Assembly (NCBI RefSeq): GCF_039654945.1
Contig: NW_027362008.1
Coordinates: 4,216,001-4,280,000 of the forward strand
Length of the DNA stretch: 64,000 bases
DNA from: Dendrobates tinctorius
Taxonomy: Eukaryota
Direction of reading: 5' to 3'
Part shown: in pieces, positions 51,136 to 64,000 of the stretch
How the letters are laid out: each line of letters begins with the position of its first letter
Position numbering within the stretch: position 1 is the stretch's first letter
Program-made: the position numbers and the translations under genes
The notes under the pieces: model-generated
Told to the model about the DNA's origin: nothing
Seen by the model: only the letters and a program-made list of their open reading frames with translations
The model's database searches: none

Positions 51136-54100
51136 TATGTTGAATCTATGACAAACTGCAATATGATATTTATTTTTTTAATCAATAATGTCTACAAAGC
51201 AGACTGTGAACTATTGTAAATAGCTCAATAAATGAATAAAACAGACTTGAATCTTACTAAAGTTTGTCTCGAGAAAAACAGAAAAAAATATAGAAGTTAC
51301 GGGTATACGAACAAGGGACACTCCCAAAACATTTTTTAAGTCAGTTTTTTTCATAAAAGTAACAAAACATAAAAAGTGATATAGAAAAGGAATTGTCATG
51401 GTATTGCTATTCACATTCTACATATTTCACATTGACATGCTTTAGCACTACAGAATGCATCTTTTTTGTTTATTGAAAATGAAGGTAACTTCAGCTAGTT
51501 GGCTCCTGTTCACATTAGCTTGGAAGTGCCAGTCTTTTTGTCACAAAAAAAATAATACTGGTACTTTATTCCCAAATTTGATAAATATGCTGAGCCTCCA
51601 TCTTGCTATTTGCACTGGATATTATGCCCATTGGTTAAGAAAACTCCCTTGGTTATACAGGACTCAAGATTTTTTACAAATACAGGATGATTTTGATTGA
51701 CAAGAATTATTGCAGCTGGTGACAATCCTTGTGCTTTTGCTTTGCACACAATTCCTTTCAATTTGCAGGACCCTGGTATAACCAGGCAGCTGATACAGCA
51801 ATGGATTCACCAGTTGCCGTGACTTGTATACTGTATATATTTTTTGGAGAAAGATACTTAATTTGAACAATCCATTTCTATTACATATCAAATTATTCTT
51901 ACAATTTAAAGACAATATTCTTATAGTAAGAAGAGATGTGTCTTTTACTTTTTGGAAAGCATGCAGTAAAAAATAAAATCATTATGAGTCAGCACAAATT
52001 CTAATAATTTGAAAACAAAACTCATGTGTGACTGAATATGATTGCCCTTTGTGCTCAAAAATATTTTACTGCCTGAGTTCCCAATTCATAACAGATTCTG
52101 GTATAAAATGTCTCAATGTAAAGTCTCACTATCATTCTTGTGGGTGGCCAGGACTTCCAGCATCACCAGACCTCTGACTTCACTGTGCCTTTGTGGGGAA
52201 AAAACTTGGCACTCATAGTAAAATCAGAGGATTTTATATTTGAATTTATTTAACATTGTCGGAGAATAGATTTCTATTTCTACTTGGGTAGTTTCTGTAT
52301 TATGGGTACCCATGCAATGAAGCATAATGAGAGAGACAGACTGCTCGCTGTCTTTCCAAATAGTCTCTAAGGTTTATTGACAGTGTGAACTTTTATAGAA
52401 CAAGATCAAAAAGAAATGAAGAATACATAAGAATTGGCAAAATAGAAAGGGAGGTTACACAATCGTTGACATAAAAAGATAGGTTATACAATGAGTTGTC
52501 AACCACATCCTCGGACACAAGATAAAATTAAGTGAAAAATGACAGGAATACGGTGGTGCTTTCCAAAAGTCAATGTGCTCTAAGTTAATAGTCATGAGTT
52601 CATATTCAAAAGATATTTTTCTAAAAAGATGTTAGAACATTTCACCTCAAAATGGAAGAGAATGCATGTCCTTCAGATTTTCTGGGAATTGTAGGAACTG
52701 ACCATTAGCCATAGGACTGTGACCACATAGACAGATGATAACTGGATGTCATGACTAGTGACGAGTTCGCTGCCGAGCCAACACCTCCACGTCGACGACC
52801 ACGACGATGTGGGGTGAGCGTCCCAAGTGGGGATGGAATGTGGACCCACTGGACCACAGGGGGGACCCAGGCCTACCCAGACTAGGGAAGAGTAGCGACC
52901 GGGGTCTGTGGCAGCTGAGCATGTGGGCGAGGAGGCAGAATGACATGACACCGCACACTTCAGGTATAGACATAAAGTTTACTTGAACAAGACATGGTAC
53001 ATAAACGAAACAGTTATGCAAGGCTCCCGGTTCCGCACATCAGGGAAGGGTACATGTCTCAGGATAACAGAAGAAAGGCAGGAGGTCATTACGGGTTGAG
53101 CAGTCCAGGGTTGTCTGGCATGGGTATACTAGGGCGGCCTCTTCCTCAGTCCTCAGGGGTAGCAAAGGGTCACCAGGAGAATATTAGACACCGACCACAA
53201 ACAGACTTCAGAAAATGGCAGGCATTGTCTGACATTTCAATCACATCCATACACGCAGTACTTCTGTATTCTCCCGCTACCCGTATTTTATCAAAAAGCT
53301 CTAATGCCAATGGACAAAAACATAAATCTTATCTATTTATAGAAACTCTTGGTTGGTTCACTATATCCTCTAATTAGTGTCCTATCTGAGTACCCGGTTG
53401 CATACAAAAAAATTGAGCAATTATATTCACATATTGTCTTCACGTGATTTTCCCACTTCATTACAAACTCCCACCCGGTTCCTTCCATTAGGTTTTTCCA
53501 AGGAGCAACTAACCAGAGAGTTTTATCTTAATCGCTGCTTTGAGCAACAAAAAGGCTGTTTATACACTGAGCACACATCATTTAGTCTCCATACATCAAC
53601 AGAGCTGCTGTACAGGAGTACGAAATGAATATGTTGAAGTGTATTTTCCTGGGCCCAACCAGTATGTGGGTACCAAGGTGTAATGGGGTGCATAGGACTA
53701 TGCAGCAGGGCAGACATTGCTGTCACTCTGTAAACAAAAGAGTAGGGGAGAACCGTATGAATATGGTGAAGTGTATTTTCCTGGGCCCATCCAGTATGTG
53801 GGTTCCAAGTGTTTAATGGGGTGCATATGACTATGGTATGAATCTCGGAAAAAAATATTTAAAGCTGTGAACTAGGAGTCAGGAATGCTTCCAGGGGCGA
53901 TCCCCATGATTTCCCCATGTCATTTGAGCAGTGTTTAAATCATTTTCAGATGTTTCTAGACCTTAAAATGACCCCCTTGGGGGATCACAGCAAAAATGCT
54001 CGGGTTTCCCATAGACTTATATTGGGCTCGTTGCTCTGTCCGAGTACCCAAGTATTACAATTTGCTCGACCCGAACAACGAGTGCCCAAGCATTTTAGTG

Positions 54101-55359
54101 CTCGCTCATCACTAATCCCAGTACTTAAAAAGCGATACCCAATTCATGGAGAATAACTTCTCTGAAATTCAAATTAATTGGGAAAATCCAAACGGTTAAG
54201 CGATTTTGAATTTTGCTGATCTGACCCATGTTATAAAACAATCTTATCATATATTGTGCACGATGAATGCTGCATGAAGGGAAAAGTGAAAAACTGCTAA
54301 ACTTGCTATTCTTGTTCATCTTACCTCACTAAAAAATTGAATTAAAAAAATCATGTATCCCAACGCTGTACCAAAACAACTAGTTTTGTACCCAAAAACA
54401 TGTCCTCATACAGATCTGCATTCAGAAAAATAAAAAGCAATGACTCTGAATATGACAGCTATAAAAAACATATTGTGATTTTCTTGGGTATGAACATAAT
54501 CATGTCAGCACACAGAATAAAGTGAACAAGTCAATTATACTGCTTAAGTTTGAAAATCCACCAGGCTTCCCTATTTTGTAATGTAACCTCCGTATCACCC
54601 CCTCTGATGGGTGTGTGTATTTTTTCAATTGCATACACCAGAAGTGTTTTCAGGTCATCTTTATGACATTCAATAAAATGTTTTGACACCTGAGATGTGT
54701 TCCTTTCCATGTTAATATTCTCTGTGTCATAGATGTGTTCCCCAATTCTTTTCTTCAGCTTGCGTTTTGTGCTTCCAACATGTTTTAGATGGCAGAAGGT
54801 GCACTCCATAATATATACCAAGGTTTTAGTGCTACAATTGATAAAGGTTTTAGTAGCAAAATTCTTGCTTTCACTAGAATCTCCAAAGCTAGAGCTCTCT
54901 TTAGTGTATTTACAGGACTTAGCGCCACACTTATAAAAACCCTTGGTTTTCTGCCAATTTGTGGATTGAATTTGAGACATATTCAAAAAACTTGGCAAAA
55001 GGCTCTGACCTAAAGATGGTGCTCTCCTAGAGACTATTCTAAATCCTTTCCCTATAATACTATCTATATCTGGATCCTCTTTTAATACAGATAAATTATT
55101 TTGAATAATTCGTTCAATAGAGGCAAACTGGTTACTATACTGCGAGACCAATGTTACAGGAGTGACTGAATGTTCATGTGTGTTACACTTAGCTTTGAAT
55201 CGCGGTTTTTGAGCCACAATGTTTTCAGCTTTGCTTAAACTCCATTGGGTATAACCCCTTTGGGTCAATCACTGCTTAATGTTAGAAACTTCCTGTTGAT
55301 AATCTGTATTTGTGCTACAATTGCATTTAGCTCTTGTCATCTCCCCAACAGGTATACTT

Positions 55360-58300
55360 AGAATCATAGAATCATAGAATCATAGAATCATAGAATCGTA
55401 GAGTTGGAAGGGACCTCCTGGGCCATCTGGTCCAACCCCCTGCTCAAAGCAGGATTCGCTAAATCATCCCAGTCAGATGTCTGTCCAGCCTCTGTTTGAA
55501 GACTTCCATTGAAGGAGAACTCACCACTTCTCGTGGCAGCCTGTTCCACTCATTGATCACTCTAACTGTCAAAAAGTTTTTTCTAATATCTAATCTGTGT
55601 CTCTTCCCATTCAGTTTCATCCCATTGCTTCTAGTCTTTCCTTGTGCAATTGAGAATAAAGTTGATCCTTCTACAATGTGACAGCCCTTTAGATATTTGT
55701 AGACAGCTATTAAGTCTCCTCTCAGTCTTCTCTTTTGCAAACTAAACATTCCCAAATCCTGCAACCTTTCCTCATAAGACAGGGTTTGCAGACCGGTCAC
55801 CATTCTGGTCGCTCTTTTCTGAACTTGCTCCAGTTTGTTGATGTCTTTTTTAAAATGTGGTGCCCAAAACTGGACACAATATTCCAGATGAGGTCTGACC
55901 AGAGAGGAGTAGAGGGAAATAATGACTTCACGTGATCTAGACTGTATGCTTCTGTTAATACATCCTAGAATTGCATTTGCCTTTTTTGCTGCAGCATCAC
56001 ACTGTTGACTCATATTCAGTCTGTGATCTATTAGTATACCCAAGTCTTTTTCACATGTGCTGTCACTTAGCCCTATTCCTCCCATTCTATATATGCTTTT
56101 TTCATTTTTATTGCCCAGATGTAGTACTTTGCATTTCTCCCCGTTAAAAACCATTCTGTTAGTTGCTGCCCACTTCTCCAGTTTATTTAAATCTTTTTGA
56201 ATCCTCTCACTCTCTTCTCTAGTATTAGCTATCCCTCCTAGCTTTGTGTCATCAGCAAATTTAATCAGTTTACCCTCAATTCCTTCATCTAAATCGTTGA
56301 TAAAGATGTTGAACAATACAGGGCCCAGGACAGAGCCCTGTGGTACCCCACTTGAGACATTCTTCCAACTGGATGTGCAGCCATTTACGACCACTCTTTG
56401 GGTCCGATCACTAAGCCAGTTATGAATCCACCTAACAGTTGCCTTGTCCATTCCATACTTAGTCATTTTTTCAATAAGGATTGTATGAGAGACTTTGTCA
56501 AATGCTTTGCTGAAGTCAAGATATACTATATCTACAGCATTTCCTTGATCCACCCAATCAGTGATACCGTCATAGAAGGAAATTAAGTTAGTCTGACATG
56601 ACTTATTAGTTACAAACCCATGCTGACTCTGTTTAATCACTTCATTCTTATCCAGGTATTGACATACATGTTGTTTAATAATTTGTTCAAAGATCTTTCC
56701 TGGTATAGAAGTCAGACTCACCGGCCTATAGTTCCCTGGGTCCACCTTCTTCCCCTTTTTGAAGATAGGAACAACATTTGCTCTTCTCCAGTCTTCTGGC
56801 ACTTCTCCTGTTCTCCAAGAATTTTCAAAGATTATGGAGAGGGGTTCAAAAATTTCTTCTGCTATCTCCTTCAGTACTCTGGGGTGTAATTCATCTGGAC
56901 CTGGAGACTTGAATTCATTTAGGTTAGCTAAGTGTTTCCTCACTATCTTTCTGTTTATAGATATCCTGGATTCTTCTATTCCCTTAATAGGACAGTGAAT
57001 AACAGTTGATGTTACATTTCCTTTCTGAGAGAAAACAGATGCAAAATAGGAATTTAAAAGTTCAGCCTTCTCAACATCCTGTCTTACCATTTCATCATTT
57101 TCATCCTGTAAAAATCCTATAGCATCTTTGACTTTTCTTTTACTTTTGACATATCCCCAAAATCCTTTATTATTGTTTTTGACATCTCTTGCAAGCCTCA
57201 ATTCATTTTCAGCTTTAGATAATCTGATTTGTGCCCTGCAGGTTCTGCAGACAGCATTATATTCTTCTTTAGATATGCCTCCCTCTTTCCATTTTATAAA
57301 CATTTTTTTCTTCCTTTTTAGCATGTGCTTAAGTTCTGTGTTCATCCATCCTGTTTTCCTTAAATGCTTCCTATTCTTCCCTCTTTTCGGAATTGTTAAC
57401 AACTGTGCTTTGAGAATTTCATTTTTCAAGATTTCCAATCCCTCCTGGACATTTTTGTCTTTTAGGATATCCAGCCATTGGACCCCTCCAATTCTCTTTC
57501 TGAATCCCTTAAAATCTGCCTTTCTGAAATCTAACCTTGACGTCTGAGTCTTCACAGGTCTTCCACCTCTAGTAATCCAAAATTCTAAAATAGCATGGTC
57601 ACTACCTCCTAGGGTCCCAGCCACTTTTACCTCCTCAACCATTTCCTCCCTGTTTATAAGGATTAGATCCAAGGTAGCAGTTCCCCTTGTTTTCTCCCTT
57701 ACCTTTTGGAAGATAAAGTTGTCAGCAAGAGAGGATAAGAATTTCCTTGACCTGTTAGTTTTGCCTGAGAGAGATTCCCAACAAATGTCTGGATAGTTGA
57801 AATCTCCCATGACAACTATGTCATATTTTTTGGAGAACTTGGCCATTTGATGCATAAAGAGTTCATCCATATCTTCAGCTTGCACAGGCGGCCTGTAGTA
57901 AATGCCTACAATGGTGTCCTTTCCATTGTTCTGTCCTTGTATTCTTACCCAAACAGTTTCCACAGAACTCCCAGTCTCTGAAGCTTCAATCTCTGTGCAG
58001 ATATATGTGTTTCTAACATACAATGCGACACCCCCTCCTCGTTTATCAAGTCTGTTTCTTGCAAATAAGTTGTATCCTTCTAGTCTTGTATTCCAATCAT
58101 GTGTATTGTCCCACCAAGTTTCAGTGATTCCAATGACATCATATTTCTTTTCCTGTGTTAGTAGTTCCAATTCTCCTTGTTTGTTGCCCATGCTTTGTGC
58201 ATTAGTATAGAAGCATTTTAGTTTGTGATTGGTTTCTCTTTCTCCAATATTTTTATTAATTAGATTCTTTCGTCTTTGTTCTTCCTTTCCACTTCTAATA

Positions 58301-58536
58301 GCAGAGTTCTCAATAGCATTTGTCAGGTGTATGGCTTTTTCTGGTCTTTTGCTTCCCTTCCCATGTTGTTCTAGTTTAAAGCTCTCCTTACAAGTGTAGC
58401 AAGGCGACTTCCAAATACATGCTTTCCAGTCTTCGTAAGGTGCACCCCATCTCTAGCAAGTAGTCCATCGTATAAGTAGTTCACTCCGTGATCCAGAAAT
58501 TCAAATCGTTGCTGACGGCACCATCGACGTAGCCAG
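55360..58536 (-). mobile_element. CR1 family A, 3.18 kb, with intact ORF2 and the end of ORF1
   Basis: TSD TACTT at 55355-55359 and 58537-58541; (TAGAATCA)n tail. The ORF1 remnant at 58371-58535 reads WLRRWCRQQRFEFLDHG...LLARDGVHLT...RRALN*, an SGNH esterase-like CR1 ORF1. Confidence 0.97.
55459..58191 (-). CDS. CR1 ORF2: apurinic-type endonuclease plus reverse transcriptase (910 aa, uninterrupted)
   Basis: Motifs ITETW, GDFN, SDH, KSPGPD, YRPVSLTS, DFSKAFD, PQGSVLGP and FADD lie in one frame. Confidence 0.93.
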   Translation of the reverse strand: MGNKQGELELLTQEKKYDVIGITETWWDNTHDWNTRLEGYNLFARNRLDKRGGGVALYVRNTYICTEIEASETGSSVETVWVRIQGQNNGKDTIVGIYYRPPVQAEDMDELFMHQMAKFSKKYDIVVMGDFNYPDICWESLSGKTNRSRKFLSSLADNFIFQKVREKTRGTATLDLILINREEMVEEVKVAGTLGGSDHAILEFWITRGGRPVKTQTSRLDFRKADFKGFRKRIGGVQWLDILKDKNVQEGLEILKNEILKAQLLTIPKRGKNRKHLRKTGWMNTELKHMLKRKKKMFIKWKEGGISKEEYNAVCRTCRAQIRLSKAENELRLARDVKNNNKGFWGYVKSKRKVKDAIGFLQDENDEMVRQDVEKAELLNSYFASVFSQKGNVTSTVIHCPIKGIEESRISINRKIVRKHLANLNEFKSPGPDELHPRVLKEIAEEIFEPLSIIFENSWRTGEVPEDWRRANVVPIFKKGKKVDPGNYRPVSLTSIPGKIFEQIIKQHVCQYLDKNEVIKQSQHGFVTNKSCQTNLISFYDGITDWVDQGNAVDIVYLDFSKAFDKVSHTILIEKMTKYGMDKATVRWIHNWLSDRTQRVVVNGCTSSWKNVSSGVPQGSVLGPVLFNIFINDLDEGIEGKLIKFADDTKLGGIANTREESERIQKDLNKLEKWAATNRMVFNGEKCKVLHLGNKNEKSIYRMGGIGLSDSTCEKDLGILIDHRLNMSQQCDAAAKKANAILGCINRSIQSRSREVIISLYSSLVRPHLEYCVQFWAPHFKKDINKLEQVQKRATRMVTGLQTLSYEERLQDLGMFSLQKRRLRGDLIAVYKYLKGCHIVEGSTLFSIAQGKTRSNGMKLNGKRHRLDIRKNFLTVRVINEWNRLPREVVSSPSMEVFKQRLDRHLTGMI

Positions 58537-60167
58537 TACTTTTAATTGTATGTTTAGGATGATGGCTTTTTCCATGGAGTATAGCATTGCCTGCTGTGTT
58601 CTTTCTAAATTTTTGTGTTACTACAGGTTTACCTGAAATTCCTTGTAAAATCAAATAAAAAAAATCAATGCATGAAATTTTATGGCGGACCACAAATTTT
58701 AAATTCAAGGGATTGCAATTAATATAAAAATTAAAATCCCGTATGGCAGATACATCAGAATTCCAGATGATAATGATATCATCTATGTATCTGCCGTCCC
58801 AATAGACACAATCTTTAAATGGATTATTTACAGTATAAATATACAGCTCTTCCCACCAGCTCATTACCAAGTGAAATTAGCAAGTGAAGTTGTCAAGCGA
58901 TCCACTATATGACCAAGATGAAAATCTTTCTTTGCAATTGCGGCTTGTTCCCAGTCAACTTACGTGCATCGTTATATTTTACTTTTGGTTATGTGTGTTT
59001 TTCCATGCGTTATTCATCCTGTTTTGAATGTGAATGTTTTTTCTTTGTCATCTAGGAATATTTAACACCATCCACTATATGATTAAGATATAAAGTATTT
59101 TTCGCAATTGCGGCTTATTCCTCGCTAGTTTATGTGGATTGTTATGCAGGAGCATATTGCTATCTGTGTTTTTTTATGCGATGTAGATCCGGTTTTGAAT
59201 CAAATTGTTTTCATTTTTGCTTTCACCTAGGTACTTTTACCCTCCTCCGCTGAAATTGTGTTTTTAGATCTGTGTCTCTTACTATTACTCTATGACACTC
59301 AGTGTATGATAGAGAGAAATGTATTTTTCTTCTTTCTATGATTGTTATTGAGAATAATATAATAGAAAAAATGTCTTTGTAAGGCTGTGTGCCCACATTG
59401 CGCTTTTTCAGAGTTTCCGTGGTGATTTTAAACACGTGATTCTGCCGCTGAAATGCTTAAGAAAATCATTCCATGTTATCATAATTGATTCCGCACATGT
59501 TGTGCTAATGGTGCGTATTTTACCGCTGCGGAATTGCTTAGCGGTAAAAAACACAGCATGTTCATTAATTTTGTGGAATCGCATGCGATTATGCATACAT
59601 ACACTTGTATTGCAAAAGCGCATAGGAAATCGCATGTTAAAACATATGACAAATGCATCAAAATTGCTAAAATCTTCAAAACTGCATGCGTTTTTCCAGC
59701 TAAGGGTGTGCGTTTCTCCTCAGGAATATTCTACTTCAAAACTGCAATGTGGGCACATAGCCTGAAAGCGGCTTTTCTATCCTCTAGTCTGAGTGGATGG
59801 CTGTAATTTTTCATTCTGACGTTTGATCCATCATATGATATTCACTCTGTTCCAGAGTGAAATTGTATTTTCCTCTTTGGTTGTTTTGTAAAAACTCAAC
59901 ATCAATTTTTACAATTATGGTTCTTTCATTTGCTCCCTTATATAAATGTATATTTCTCTACTTCTGTACTGTGGCTGCTAAGAAGAATTTACAATATACT
60001 GCGTTTGTTCTGCGCAATTGAAATATATTCTCGCCTTTATGCCATGTGGAATTCACATTCTTGATTTTAGCCATGTATGTCTTCACTTGTAATTCATTTA
60101 CGTTAATTAGATATGTTCATTGGCTTTCACTAGTGTTCAGCATATTAGTGCTTTCTTGAACAATGCC

Positions 60168-60215
60168 TGTTATCATGACTAAGGGTGCTGGGACACCTGA
60201 AACGCGTTGATAACA
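60168..60215 (+). ncRNA. Hammerhead motif, U4
   Basis: Identical to the U1 motif. Confidence 0.75.
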
Positions 60216-63040
60216 CAATCTTTTGTACCATTCATGCTGATATTTTATCTATTCACATCTGAGTGAATAAAGAATTTGTGTTTTCACTTCTGGATCATGG
60301 CTTTTTTGTTACATTAGCCATACCTTTCTTTTTTGGGCAATATAGATGTAAAAGTGTTTTTTAAGTATCAGTTATATTTGTCAATACACTTTTTAAGTGG
60401 AACTTATTAGCATGATTTTATAAGCACTTTGTTGCAAGAGAAATAAAGAAAACAGTAATTTTAACATTTATTTGTATTTTAAAGTTTGTGTTATCTGATG
60501 TGCTGAAATAATAACACAGTAACTGCATTCAGTAGGTCAGTACTAATATGGTGCTGGTAAATTTGTATAATCTTAATTGTTTTTTATGTTTTGTACAATA
60601 TACACTTTAAAAAAAAACCATTTTTATACTGTTTTACAATTTTTTGTTAGTGGCGTGGTATGAAGATTTATTTTTGCCTGAAAATCTGTAGCTTTTGTTG
60701 TTAACAGTTTGTTGTACATGCAACTTTTTGATCACTTTTACATTATTTAGGAGGCAAAATGAAAGAAAAACACGTAAATTCTGAATTTGTTTTAATATTT
60801 TTTTAAACCCCAGTCACTGTTGGGTATAACTGTCATGGTATCTTTATTTGGTGGACGATATCATCACCATATTCTCATAAACTTCACTTATTTATTTTTC
60901 GGTTTATTGTAGGTGACGCTGATTGAAGCTTTGTTTTTGGTTATATATGCCTTTCTAGTTATTATTTATCTCATTGTTTTGCTGGGAAGCAGAAACAAAC
61001 AGCTATGAATTGGAAATAGTTGTTATTTTTATGGAGTTCGTCCAGCAGTATAATTGACATGATCACTTTATTCTGTGTGCTGATATGATTATGTTCATAT
61101 CTAAGAAAATCACAATACATTTTTTATAGCTGTCACATTGTGAGTCAATGCTTTGTATTTTTCTGACTGCAGATCTGTATGAGGACATGTTTTTGGGTAA
61201 CAAACTAGTTATTTTGGTATAGCATCGGGATACATGATTTTTTAATTCAGTTTTTTAGTGAGGTAAGATGAACAAGAATAGCAAGTTTAGCAGTTTCTCA
61301 CTTTTCCCCTCATACGGCATTGATCATGCACAATAAATGATAAGATTGTTTTATAACATGGGTCAGATGAGCAAAATTCAAAATCGCTTAACTGTTTGGA
61401 TTTTCCCAATTAATTTGATTTTCAGAGAAGTTATTCTCCATGAATTGAGTATCGCTGATTATGTACTGGAATCTCTCCATGCTGATATTTTATCGTCTTT
61501 TCAAATCTGAGTGAACAAAGAATTTGTTTTTTCACTTCATCGTTAAGCTAGGTCATCTCTTTTTTGGATTTTTTTATGCCAAGACATGGCAGTTCTGTGC
61601 TCAGAGCTTCATGATCTATTAACGCTGTGAGATGGATTGTTTTATATGTCTAATGTAACGCAACAAGTATAAAAATGTTCTATAGTGAAGGTCAAAACTG
61701 GCTCCAGTATGTAACAATAAAAATGAAATAATGTGAAAACTTTTTTCACTATCTCATAAAGCTAAATTTATAAACCTTTCCAAAAATAAAATGAGATTGG
61801 CGTACAAAATCAGCTCATCAAATAAGGAAATTCTCCCATTACACTAAAAATAAATTTGCAGAAACTGGTACATGACCTGTACCCATAGCGGTGCCATTTA
61901 CTTGGTGGAAGGGATGAAATTAAAAATAAAATCATTTGAGTCAACTAAACATCCAATAATATTTTAAAACAAACCTGTTTTGTGACTAAAAACAGATCTG
62001 CTCATCTCTCATCAGTACATGGGTGGTAGTGGTTAGCAGTGAAACAATAGAAATTTATTTAGATGCATTTACATTGTTACATGATATGAATACAGTTATG
62101 TTAGATGTCTTGTGACTACAGGTAAATGTTCTTTACCCAATTTAATAAAAAAATCTACTTACATCCAAATCTTCATTTCACTTGACCAAATAGTGAGATG
62201 TTGATGCAATTATCCTTTACAGAAACCTCTTGATTATGTCTTCTGCTGACATACTCACACTTTTTAAAGAAATGTTTTTATTCAATATTGGCTCGTTCAC
62301 CCGTCTTAATCTAAAGTCACTGGATGCTTCTATAATTAAATGTAAACAAAAAAAAAAGAAGGGGTTACCAGCTATGAAGATGCTATGCTGCTGTGAAGGT
62401 AACATGGCAAATGCATTTACAGTAGATGTAAAAACAATAAATTACTGAAGATCATAAAAAAATAAACATCAATCAGCTATAAAAAGCTAACACATGTATT
62501 ACATTCTTCAATATGTTGTACACTTGGATGGGATAGTCATGGGGGTGGCATTCACGCCAAATAAGGATCAACCCAATATCTCAGTTCAACATTGTTTAAA
62601 ATATAGAAAGCCACTGCTACTACATGTCTAATAGCAAGTAAATGAAGACTGTTATTTACATGAATTACACATGTATATACAAGATGTATGAAGCATGGAA
62701 CACCTTACTATATTAATAAATAATAAAATTGAGCAATTTGAAGCAAACACTGCACTCAGCAGCTGTTAATCAGCTAATCATAGCCGTGGCCCTAACAATT
62801 TCAATACCATGGTCACTGCATAATTTAGAAATGTTGTCTCTTGACTTCATGAAACTATCATGAAATAATACAATGAATAACATTTCTCTCTTTAGTTTAC
62901 CTAATTATCAGCACAATGGTGAATAGTATCACAGGGCCCCACAAGAAATTTCCACCCCTTTGTGTTGTCCCAAACCAGCATTCTCCCTCAAGAGATTTAT
63001 AAATGTCAGTTTATATGTAAATGGAGACAGTAAGTCTTGG

Positions 63041-63092
63041 CCAATGACAATATCCCACTAATTAACAACCCCCTGCTCTTCCCAGATATAAA
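63041..63092 (+). promoter_or_regulatory. Putative core promoter of copy 4 (CCAAT, TATAAA)
   Basis: Homologous to copy 1; exon 1 donor follows 63259. Confidence 0.65.
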
Positions 63093-63479
63093 CTGTTTCC
63101 TCCTCTCAGTGACATCTACTTCACTCCAGGTATTATTTGTGGTCAGAACTTGCCTCTGAGGAGCATCAAGCTGTAGACTTGTTGGTGTACAGGAGGAGTT
63201 CAGCACCGACTATCATCTCTTTCAGTAGCAGTAGACCTCTTCAATCTCCATCTACAAAGGTGAATATTTGATGAGTATAGCACAGCATATAGTAGATGGT
63301 ATTACTGCAGATCCCTGGGGAATTATGCAATGCTGGAACATTATTACAGTGACTGCACACTATTATACAATTGTGCATTTCTAGTCGCAGTTACATGTGG
63401 TGATTACAGTATGTTATTATGGGTCTCGAAGATGTTTCATGCTTTATTCAATGCCATATCTTATTTCATTTTATTCAGA

Positions 63480-64000
63480 ATGGCCACGAACATCAAGGAA
63501 GCAAGCAAGAACACGGCAAAACACCTTCTTCATCTGATATCAGAAACATCCAAGAACCTGAAGATGATGGAAGTGACTGACCACTTTGAACTTTTGCTAG
63601 AACTTGGGACTGGATCTTTTGGGAATGTACACATGGGAAAACACAAGCATTCAGGTGAGATGATGATGATGGATGATGACTATGAAGATGACTGAGCCAT
63701 CAGGGTGGTTTTAGATGAATGTGAAAGATGAAAGTGAAATCTGCTTGTTCCCTGACAAACTGTACTTGTTAACAATCATTAAGTATGACCCTAGTTGTAT
63801 CCTATCTACAACGCGTCATTAGTATTCTGCACCACTACCCTCTAGTCTTATGAATGCTCCTGTGTAAAGTGATTGATCAGGTTGTTTATATGGTTTTAAA
63901 AGTGTTATGGAATATGATGATGATGACGATGAGGATGATGATGAATATTAACAATTATAATGTTTATTCAACAGGACAGACCGTGGCAATTAAAATGATG
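63480..64000 (+). CDS. SBK1-like kinase copy 4, partial. Exon 63480-63654; next exon starts at 63975
   Basis: Same exon sequence, with the Gly codon intact (HMGKHKHS). Truncated by the window edge. Confidence 0.85.

Larger units (their letters stand above)
38615..52391 (+). repeat. Tandem unit U3 (13,777 bp; ~10.8 kb without its CR1)
   Basis: Colinear repeat with a single ~3.0-kb CR1 insertion. Confidence 0.95.
54545..58885 (-). mobile_element. Penelope-like remnant, U4 (interrupted by CR1-A at 55360-58536)
   Basis: GIY-YIG part at 54545-55359 and RT part at 58537 to ~58885. Confidence 0.88.
52392..64000 (+). repeat. Tandem unit U4 (incomplete at the window end)
   Basis: Colinear repeat that ends inside kinase exon 3. 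Confidence 0.95.

Overview
Vertebrate genomic DNA, most likely a frog; this is inferred from the repeat families and was not confirmed by a search. The window is a head-to-tail tandem array of a ~10.8-kb core unit: U1 1-19888, U2 19889-38614, U3 38615-52391, U4 52392 to the window end. Each unit carries one 4-exon, + strand SBK1-like Ser/Thr kinase gene of about 312 aa. Copy 1 has a nonsense codon, copies 2 and 3 are open, and copy 4 is cut off by the window edge. Each unit also carries a rearranged Penelope-like retroelement with a minimal hammerhead-ribozyme motif, a ~430-bp inverted duplication and old MITEs. Units differ in length because of private young insertions: five CR1 LINEs of one family, one CR1 of a second family, a 5.5-kb non-autonomous piggyBac-type element and a 3.2-kb foldback hAT element. 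The three strongest observations are (i) a type I hammerhead with a compensatory A3-U8 core pair ~2.9 kb upstream of the kinase promoter in uninterrupted units, (ii) a chimeric CR1 in U1 that records an unequal crossover between two independent CR1 insertions, and (iii) non-canonical catalytic and activation loops in the expanding kinase family. All coordinates were read by eye.
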